Of a stretch of DNA of 64,000 nucleotides, positions 57,619 to 64,000 are shown in pieces. Location of the stretch: contig CANQDR010000009.1 in assembly GCA_947593615.1 (NCBI GenBank), positions 2,018 through 66,017 of the forward strand, in the 5' to 3' direction. The notes under the pieces were generated by a model. That model worked only from the letters and a program-made list of their open reading frames with translations, made no database searches and was not told the DNA's origin. The translations under genes and the position numbers were made by a program. Numbering within the stretch: the stretch's first letter is position 1; every line of letters begins with the position of its first letter. Source of the DNA: an uncultured Clostridia bacterium. GTDB taxonomy: Bacteria > Bacillota > Clostridia > Oscillospirales > Acutalibacteraceae.

Positions 57619-58992
57619 ATGATTTTAAACTATGTGGGCGTTAAAGAAATAAACGGCTCGCTTATTGTAATGGACGGCGTTAATGGCGTTTCCAATGAAG
57701 AAATTGTTGATATCCGTCTTGATAACGGCACAACGCGTCAGGGACGTGTTGTGCAGATTGAGGGAGACAGAATCGTTGTTCAGGTATTTGAGGGTACACG
57801 AAGAATAAGTCTTAAAAACACTCAGACAAGACTTACGGGTCACCCCATGGAAATGCCGCTTTCACCTGAAATTATAGGCCGTGTGCTTGACGGCGCAGGC
57901 AAACCGATTGACGGTCTCGGCGATATTTTCCCGGTAAAGCGTGCCAATATCAACGGTACGCCGATTAATCCCGTATCACGTATTTATCCTAAGAACTACA
58001 TTAATACAGGTATTTCAACTATTGATACGCTTATGACGCTTATCAGAGGTCAGAAGCTGCCAATCTTCTCGGGTTCTGGTATGACCCACAACGACCTTGC
58101 TGTTCAGATCGTACGTCAGGCAAAAATCAGCGGTGCAGACAGCACGAACTTCGGCGTTGTATTCGCCGCAATGGGAGTTCAAAAGGACGTTGCGGAATAT
58201 TTCAGAAGAAGCTTTGAAGAAAGCGGCGTTCTTTCAAGGGTTGTTATGCTGCTGAATCTTTCAAACGACCCTATTATTGAAAGAACTCTTACACCGAGAT
58301 GTGCGCTTACAATTGCCGAATATCTCGCTTTTGAGCTTAATATGCATATTCTTGTAATTATGACAGATATGACTTCCTATGCGGAAGCTCTGCGTGAATT
58401 CTCATCATCTAAGGGCGAAATTCCGGGACGTAAAGGATACCCTGGCTATCTTTACTCTGACCTTGCATCTCTTTATGAGCGTGCAGGTATGATTAAAGGC
58501 AGCTCAGGCTCGGTTACTCAAATTCCTATTCTTACTATGCCCAACGACGACATTACTCACCCTATCCCAGACCTTACCGGATACATTACTGAAGGTCAGA
58601 TTGTTCTTGACCGCTCCTTACAAGGTCAGGGACTTTATCCCCCTGTAAGCGTTCTGCCGTCACTTTCACGTCTTATGAAAGATGGTATCGGCGACGGATA
58701 TACAAGAGCTGACCATCAGCCGCTTGCTAACCAGCTTTTTGCCTCTTATGCAAAGGTAATTGATGCACGTTCGCTGGCGTCGGTTATCGGTGAAGAAGAG
58801 CTTTCCCCCATTGACAAAAAATACATTGAATTCGGAAAGCTGTTTGAATCAAAATTTGTTAATCAGGGATTTAACGAAAACAGAAGCATTGAACAGAGTC
58901 TTGACTTGGGCTGGGAGCTTCTTTCAGCTCTGCCGAGAGCCGAGCTTGACCGTGTTGATGATGCTGTACTTGACAAGTATTACAAAGGATAA
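57619..58992 (+). CDS. ntpB: V/A-type ATPase subunit B
   Basis: 457 aa. Motifs seen: [27 protein letters not shown]. Confidence 0.97.
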   Translation: MILNYVGVKEINGSLIVMDGVNGVSNEEIVDIRLDNGTTRQGRVVQIEGDRIVVQVFEGTRRISLKNTQTRLTGHPMEMPLSPEIIGRVLDGAGKPIDGLGDIFPVKRANINGTPINPVSRIYPKNYINTGISTIDTLMTLIRGQKLPIFSGSGMTHNDLAVQIVRQAKISGADSTNFGVVFAAMGVQKDVAEYFRRSFEESGVLSRVVMLLNLSNDPIIERTLTPRCALTIAEYLAFELNMHILVIMTDMTSYAEALREFSSSKGEIPGRKGYPGYLYSDLASLYERAGMIKGSSGSVTQIPILTMPNDDITHPIPDLTGYITEGQIVLDRSLQGQGLYPPVSVLPSLSRLMKDGIGDGYTRADHQPLANQLFASYAKVIDARSLASVIGEEELSPIDKKYIEFGKLFESKFVNQGFNENRSIEQSLDLGWELLSALPRAELDRVDDAVLDKYYKG

Positions 58993-59018
58993 TACCGCAG
59001 GGAAAGGAGTCTGAGCGT

Positions 59019-59660
59019 ATGGCAGTACAGGCAGTACCTACCAAAGGTAACCTGATGAACACAAAAAAATCGCTTTCTCTTGCAAAAAACGGCTATGAGC
59101 TGCTTGACAGGAAGCGCAATATTCTTATCAGGGAAATGATGACGCTTATTGACCATGCAAACGCTATACAGCAAAAAATTGACGACGCTTATGAAGAAGC
59201 GTATATTGCCTTGCAGACAGCTAATGTTACCAACGGTTTTTGTGAAGATATTTCTAACTCTATTCCCTATGAGGACAGTCTGAAGCTTGACTCAAGAAGC
59301 GTTATGGGCGTTGAAATTCCCATTCTTACAATTGACGAGCACAGAAAACATGACTTCCTGCATTACGGCCTGAGAACTACAAATTCAGCAATTGACAAGG
59401 CATACAATAAATTTTGCGAAGTTAAGTACCTTACTGTTGAGCTTGCGGAAATTGAAAACAGCGTTTACAGACTTGCCGATTCCATAAAGAAAACACAAAA
59501 GCGCGCAAACGCTCTCAAAAATATTATGATTCCGAAATTTGAGGAAACGGTTAAGTTTATTTCAGACGCTCTTGACGAAAAAGACCGTGAAGAATTCAGC
59601 CGTCTTAAAGTTATTAAAAAGAAGAAGCAAAAAGATTCTGCTGCAAAGCAGGCTGAGTAA
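59019..59660 (+). CDS. ntpD: V/A-type ATPase subunit D
   Basis: 213 aa. It has PTKGNLMNTKKSLSLAKNGYELLDRKRNILI and a Lys-rich C-terminus. Confidence 0.93.
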   Translation: MAVQAVPTKGNLMNTKKSLSLAKNGYELLDRKRNILIREMMTLIDHANAIQQKIDDAYEEAYIALQTANVTNGFCEDISNSIPYEDSLKLDSRSVMGVEIPILTIDEHRKHDFLHYGLRTTNSAIDKAYNKFCEVKYLTVELAEIENSVYRLADSIKKTQKRANALKNIMIPKFEETVKFISDALDEKDREEFSRLKVIKKKKQKDSAAKQAE

Positions 59661-59743
59661 AAAGTCTTTAAGGGCGCTTAAATTGTATTTTTTTGCCCAA
59701 TACCAATAATTTTCAAATTTCAAAATATATAATTCTAAAAATT

Positions 59744-59779
59744 AAGCGATAGCATCTAAGCTATTGCTTGATTTTGTTT
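59744..59779 (+). terminator. Intrinsic terminator after the ATPase operon
   Basis: AAGCGATAGC-loop-GCTATTGCTT forms a stem with one G-T pair, followed by GATTTTGTTT. Confidence 0.7.
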
Positions 59780-59816
59780 AATAAAGTTGTTTTTTTAGTT
59801 TTAATTAAATTCGCCC

Positions 59817-59845
59817 TTGATTTTTATTATTTAATTTGATATAAT
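59817..59845 (+). promoter_or_regulatory. SigA promoter (extended -10) for tRNA-Ser
   Basis: TTGATT, a 17-nt spacer ending in TGa, then TATAAT. The tRNA begins 14 nt downstream. Confidence 0.65.
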
Positions 59846-59859
59846 AATCAGCGGTGTTT

Positions 59860-59952
59860 GGAGAGATGTCCGAGCTGGCCGAAGGAGCATGATTGGAAAT
59901 CATGTGTACGGTTACCACCGTACCAGGGGTTCGAATCCCCTTCTCTCCGCCA
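59860..59952 (+). tRNA. tRNA-Ser (anticodon GGA)
   Basis: I folded this by hand as a 93-nt class II tRNA. The acceptor is GGAGAGA/TCTCTCC, the anticodon loop is TTGGAAA, and the long variable arm is TGTACGGTTACCACCGTACC. The T-loop is TTCGAAT and the CCA end is encoded. Confidence 0.92.
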
Positions 59953-59959
59953 AAAAACG

Positions 59960-60010
59960 AATCCAGTAAACAAGCCGAGTGTATTAAACGGCTTATTTAC
60001 TGGATTTTTT
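59960..60010 (+). terminator. Intrinsic terminator after tRNA-Ser
   Basis: AATCCAGTAAA(C)AAGCCG...CGGCTT(-)ATTTACTGGATT forms a long stem, followed by TTTTTT. Confidence 0.8.
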
Positions 60011-60084
60011 ATTTAATATGAAGTTTTATTACATAAAGTATTATTTTAGTACAATATTATGAAATACAACATATTAATAATAAA

Positions 60085-61692
60085 TTATTTCTCTATTAAC
60101 AATGAAACGTTTTCAACTTCATTAGTTCTTACAGCTTCGCTTACATGAACATCTGTAAATGTGTCGCTGAATAATTTATCAATAATAATATGCGGATCAC
60201 TATCTTTAAGGTTGTCGAAATGACAGATTAATCCATCTTTAGTTTTAAAACAACTTGAAGATATTACTAATCCGGCACCTTTAAGAGTATGCGTCTCATC
60301 AAAATAGAATAGTATCGGTTCACCGTAACTTTCTTTGTTATCAACGTATTGCTCATTATAAGCATTACAGCAGTTTGTCAGAAAAACTTTTGCTTGTTCT
60401 CTTAATACCCATCCATATCTCTCACTGTCAGTAATGCACTGAGAAAATGTTGCATAACCATTAATTATATCAAATCCGATTGAATCTTTTATAATATTTT
60501 TTGTATATGCATTCCATACGTGGCATCTTGAAAAATTATTATCACTTCCCTCACTTAGAAAGCCCGTTTTAAAATCAATTGCAACACAATCATGAATATA
60601 AATATCGGAAGTGCTAAGTCGAAGTCCCACACTCTTACGATCCAGATTAATTGTGTTTTCTCCATCGACGATTCTATCTTTAACTCTACTTCTTGTCATA
60701 TGTATATTATCGAATACTGCTTCATTACCTTTCATCATTTGAATTCCATATGAAGCGGGGTCACAAATCATAATATTTGAATAATGTGTCTTTCCGCCAT
60801 TTATAATATACAATCCCGTATTTGCTGTTCCGATATTACAGTCGATAGTTAAGTTTTCAAATACTCTGCTGATATATGTGGACCTGTTATACAATGAAAT
60901 TCCATCTTCAATTGGTACATTTTCAGAAGTATCAGGACTATTATCAATATTGATTGCACTTATGATTTTATATATACCGTCTGATGATGAATCAGTTGCA
61001 ATATTATCATTCATTTTTATTGTAGCATTCTGTCCGTCAAACCATATATATGCGCCTTTAAAAACCAGCGTCTTAGAAATAAGATATGTACAACCACTGT
61101 CCAAAATAATCTTCTTTTTATTTGCAAGAGCATAATTTATTGCTGCTTGAAGAGCAGCTGTATCATCTATCTCACCATCTCCTACTGCACCAAACATTCG
61201 CGGTCTGACAACATCATCGGAGTATTCAGCCAAATTTTGATTTTTATCTATTGTTTGACCATAGGCAGTGTATCCTTTTCTCAGATCACTTTCCTGCAGC
61301 ATAAGGTTAAATTCAACGTCGAAATCAAGATTTTTCGCAAAGCTCAATTGTATGTTTATTACTGTATCCTCATTAGCATCAAATTGGGCATATGATACTC
61401 CGCCTGTACCATATATATGCGTAAGATGCGTATAAGCTTTATTATTCAAAAATATTGTAGGAAATCCTAATGCTGAATATATAATTTTTTGAATACTAAA
61501 ATTATATTTTCCGTTTAATTCAATGTTTTCTATCGGTATAGGAATTTTTTCAGATGAATCACCGGTAGTACCAATACATTTTATTCTTCCGTCTTTTACG
61601 GTTACGGTTACATTATTTGAAGTATATGTACCGTCTATAATTCCTAATAAATTATTTTGTAAAAACAAATCTTGCGCTTTTGTTAAACTCAT
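60085..61692 (-). CDS. Right-handed beta-helix protein of the pectate-lyase-superfamily / phage tailspike-depolymerase type, no signal peptide
   Basis: 535 aa. It has the signature FGAVGDGEIDDTAALQAAINYA followed by repetitive beta-helix-like turns. By eye the coding sequence is AT-rich. Confidence 0.7.
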   Translation of the reverse strand: MSLTKAQDLFLQNNLLGIIDGTYTSNNVTVTVKDGRIKCIGTTGDSSEKIPIPIENIELNGKYNFSIQKIIYSALGFPTIFLNNKAYTHLTHIYGTGGVSYAQFDANEDTVINIQLSFAKNLDFDVEFNLMLQESDLRKGYTAYGQTIDKNQNLAEYSDDVVRPRMFGAVGDGEIDDTAALQAAINYALANKKKIILDSGCTYLISKTLVFKGAYIWFDGQNATIKMNDNIATDSSSDGIYKIISAINIDNSPDTSENVPIEDGISLYNRSTYISRVFENLTIDCNIGTANTGLYIINGGKTHYSNIMICDPASYGIQMMKGNEAVFDNIHMTRSRVKDRIVDGENTINLDRKSVGLRLSTSDIYIHDCVAIDFKTGFLSEGSDNNFSRCHVWNAYTKNIIKDSIGFDIINGYATFSQCITDSERYGWVLREQAKVFLTNCCNAYNEQYVDNKESYGEPILFYFDETHTLKGAGLVISSSCFKTKDGLICHFDNLKDSDPHIIIDKLFSDTFTDVHVSEAVRTNEVENVSLLIEK

Positions 61693-61870
61693 TTAATCAA
61701 CTCCTAATATTTTATTTTCAAAGAATTAAACTTATAAAATTTAATCCTTTCACTTATATATAAAAATTCAAATAAATTGCATAAAACTATGCAATTAAAT
61801 AAAAATTTCCCGAAGCAATATTTTTTTACATATAGCTTCGGGAATAAATAATTATATAAAACTGTGTTTT

Positions 61871-62935
61871 TTACTCAAGAGTTATCTGTAATTTGTCAAT
61901 TGATTTACCCAATGTTCCTGCATAGCCGTCCTGTCCGTTTGATTTTTCATTATCATACTGATACGAATAATATTCACCGTTCAACGGAGATACTCTGTAC
62001 TTTGCTTTTAAATAACCTGTAGATTTAACTACATCAGAAGGAGTGTTGTAGTATATTTCGACAGCGTCAATTGCTTTGCCGTTTCCGGCGTAACCGTTTT
62101 CCCGGTCGTTTATATTATATTCCGTAACATAAGGCAGCCAGCTGCTTCCCTTAACATGCACGCGGTATTTTATAGAGCCTTTAGATACCTTTACGGCAAT
62201 ATCTGTAATTGCCTTGCTTGCAATTCCTGCAAAATCATCAAGATTTTTAACCTCCGGAAGCCATCTTCCGTCTGCCTTGACTTTATAAAATACGTCAGCC
62301 TTTGAAATTTCCGGACTTGGCGCTGATGGATTTGATGGTTTACTTCCATCGAGAATCTTTTCATTATAAATTATATTTGTATCAACGCTGCCGTTTACTC
62401 CGCTGATTGAGCCTGTTGAGCTATTCTGCCATATATCGCAGTCCTTATCATTGATTGAGTTGTACTGCGCAAGCCAGATGCTGTATAATTTTTTCAGAGC
62501 ATTGTAATCAAGATAATTATTAAACCAATTAAGATTTGCATATACGCCTGAATTATAACCGCCCTTTTTAATTTCATCGCAGAAAGTCTTTGCGATTGAC
62601 GTGAGTGTCGATTTGCCGAGAGCTGTCATACTGCCGTCTTCAAGGTCATAATAGACAGGCAAGTCAAAGTTCTTTCCTTTAATGCACGCAAGACAAGCAC
62701 TCGCTTCTTTCTTTGCGTCAGCAACGCCGTCTGCATATGAATACCAATATGCACCGACTTTAAGACCTGCCGCCTTTGCATTTTTGTAGTGTGTTTCAAA
62801 TTCATTATCTTTCTGTGATATTTCCCTGCCATAGCCTGCACGGATTATAACAGCCTCAATTCCTGCTGATTTAACTTTCTTAAAATCTATATTTTTTTGA
62901 AATGTCGATACATCTATGCAGTTAACTTTTGCCAT
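61871..62935 (-). CDS. GH25 muramidase (endolysin-like) with three C-terminal ChW-like wall-binding repeats, no signal peptide
   Basis: 354 aa. Motifs seen: CIDVSTFQKNIDFKKVKSAGIEAVIIRAGYG, GAYWYSYA, and WQNSSTGSISGV. The C-terminus carries repeats of the form Y(K/R)V...W(L)P.V....(Y)AG..GK.ID. Confidence 0.8.
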   Translation of the reverse strand: MAKVNCIDVSTFQKNIDFKKVKSAGIEAVIIRAGYGREISQKDNEFETHYKNAKAAGLKVGAYWYSYADGVADAKKEASACLACIKGKNFDLPVYYDLEDGSMTALGKSTLTSIAKTFCDEIKKGGYNSGVYANLNWFNNYLDYNALKKLYSIWLAQYNSINDKDCDIWQNSSTGSISGVNGSVDTNIIYNEKILDGSKPSNPSAPSPEISKADVFYKVKADGRWLPEVKNLDDFAGIASKAITDIAVKVSKGSIKYRVHVKGSSWLPYVTEYNINDRENGYAGNGKAIDAVEIYYNTPSDVVKSTGYLKAKYRVSPLNGEYYSYQYDNEKSNGQDGYAGTLGKSIDKLQITLE

Positions 62936-63218
62936 AATTATTTTTCTCCTTTTATTTGAGCCAATAATTCTACGCTTGTGAACATTGACTATTGATCTTA
63001 GTATTCTTTTTTTTAACTTCCTTCATTATTTATAATATTCTTAATTTTCATTAATGTTTTAGATTATAATATCTGCAACTTTTATTAAATGAATGAGCAA
63101 AATAAATATGTCTGATTAAACAATGAAATTATAAAATTTATTTCATTTTTCTTTTACATATGCTAAAATTGTGTTTATTTTTGGTAAAATGAAAAAAATC
63201 AATGAAAGCTGTGGTTTT

Positions 63219-64000
63219 ATGACTAACAAAAATTTGATTGACCTTGAGGATATGACTACCGAACAGATTGACAAGGTCGTTAAAAAAGCCAAGAAAATCA
63301 TGCAGAATCCTGCTGATTACAGACACGCTTGTGACGGTAAAATTCTTGCCACTCTTTTCTATGAACCGAGTACCAGAACTCAGATGTCCTTTCAGACCGC
63401 CATGCTTAAACTCGGCGGCAGAACAATAGGCTTTGATAATCCGATGAATTCTTCGGTTTCCAAGGGAGAAAGTCTTAAAGACACAATTACCATTATCGGT
63501 GGTTATGCCGACATCATCGCAATAAGACATCCTGTTGAGGGAACAGCTATGGCGGCTTCTCTTTATTCCGATGTTCCATTAATAAACTGCGGCGACGGCG
63601 GACATCTTCATCCAACGCAGACATTAACCGACATTGTTACGCTAAGCTGTGAAAAAGGCAGGCTTGATAATCTGAAAATCGGCGTATGCGGCGATTTGCT
63701 TAACGGGCGTACAGTTCACTCACTTATTAAAACTCTTGCAAAATATGACAATAATTCCTTTGTTCTTATTTCTACTAAGGAATTAAGCGTTCCGATTTAT
63801 ATAATTGATATTCTTGAAAAAAACGGATGTAAATACGAATTCTCAAACAATCTTGCCGAGGCTATTGCAGACCTTGATGTTCTGTATATGACAAGAATTC
63901 AGCGTGAGCGTTTTAAAAGCGAAGAAGAATATAAATCTCAGAAAAACGTCTTTGTGCTTGACAAAGAAAAGCTTGACAAAGCAAAAGATGATATGATTAT
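63219..64000 (+). CDS. pyrB: Aspartate carbamoyltransferase catalytic subunit, 5' part. The gene runs off the right edge.
   Basis: Absent from the track because there is no stop in the window. My translation reads MTNKNLIDLEDMTTEQI...LATLFYEPSTRTQMSFQTAMLKLGG...GDGGHLHPTQTLTD...GRTVHS...MTRIQRERF. An in-frame ATG at 63189 is an alternative start. Confidence 0.88.
   Translation, partial: MTNKNLIDLEDMTTEQIDKVVKKAKKIMQNPADYRHACDGKILATLFYEPSTRTQMSFQTAMLKLGGRTIGFDNPMNSSVSKGESLKDTITIIGGYADIIAIRHPVEGTAMAASLYSDVPLINCGDGGHLHPTQTLTDIVTLSCEKGRLDNLKIGVCGDLLNGRTVHSLIKTLAKYDNNSFVLISTKELSVPIYIIDILEKNGCKYEFSNNLAEAIADLDVLYMTRIQRERFKSEEEYKSQKNVFVLDKEKLDKAKDDMI

Noticed and set aside
59926-63218. Integrated prophage or genomic island with att sites at tRNA-Ser
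   Set aside because: I found no direct repeat of the tRNA-Ser 3' end in the region up to pyrB, and no integrase, recombinase or structural phage genes. Only composition and the two lytic-type genes hint at foreign origin, and that is reported as a hypothesis in the findings.
63122-63218. PyrR-binding attenuator upstream of pyrB
   Set aside because: No ARUCCAGAGAGGYU-like PyrR loop is present. There is only a weak all-AT inverted repeat (AATGAAAT...ATTTCATT) and a possible TGCTAAAAT extended -10 element.
63138-63530. 130-aa minus-strand ORF
   Set aside because: It is antisense to the 5' part of pyrB, whose plus-strand translation contains the STRT and HPTQ carbamoyltransferase motifs.
1-64000. 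CRISPR arrays, transposases/IS elements, toxin-antitoxin pairs or known defence-system genes
   Set aside because: I saw no regularly spaced direct repeats and no transposase, integrase or Cas-like ORFs on either strand. The window is dominated by housekeeping and sporulation genes.

Overview
This 64 kb window looks like core chromosome from a low-GC, endospore-forming Firmicute of class Clostridia. That call rests on gene content: spoIVB-spo0A, bofA, a spoIIM-like gene, ChW-like wall-binding repeats and a V-type ATPase. I have not identified the species. About 60 genes are supportable.

Left to right the window contains:
- a partial CCA-adding enzyme gene and a P-type cation ATPase
- spoIVB and spo0A
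- a minus-strand purine operon, purE-F-M-N, a PurO-like IMP cyclohydrolase, an AICARFT-only purH, and purD
- membrane and SPFH/NfeD genes, bofA and secG
- a tight transcription unit orf110-uvrB-topoIIA(B)-topoIIA(A) behind a LexA-box promoter
- radC and pyrE
- a LexA-controlled Y-family polymerase with a small downstream ORF
- a membrane-protein cluster (spoIIM-like, DUF624-like, two paralogous anchored proteins) and proC
- a large SH3b/Big_2/GH24 wall protein
- a three-gene unit encoding a Cys-motif protein, a J-domain protein with a cysteine-string tail, and a membrane protein
- a HAD hydrolase, a 14-Cys orphan protein with an SD-sequestering leader, a serine hydrolase and pcrA
- tRNA-Pro and tRNA-Gln, then dnaC/dnaI-like and dnaD/dnaB-like genes
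- a TSCPD protein, apgM-type mutase, prfB, a zinc-ribbon membrane protein, galU, a PHP phosphatase and an ACT/UPF0210 pair
- a nine-gene V/A-type ATPase operon
- tRNA-Ser followed by an AT-rich segment carrying a beta-helix tailspike-like gene and a GH25 endolysin-like gene
- the start of pyrB

I found no CRISPR array, transposase, integrase or recognisable defence system.

The most interesting candidates are:
- the SOS-box promoter driving an unknown 110-aa ORF plus uvrB plus a divergent type IIA topoisomerase pair
- the translationally coupled Cys-motif protein / cysteine-string J-protein / membrane protein unit
- the Cys-rich orphan with a leader hairpin that occludes its Shine-Dalgarno
- the signal-peptide-less tailspike-like and endolysin-like pair next to tRNA-Ser

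All product calls come from reading motifs by eye. No database search was run.
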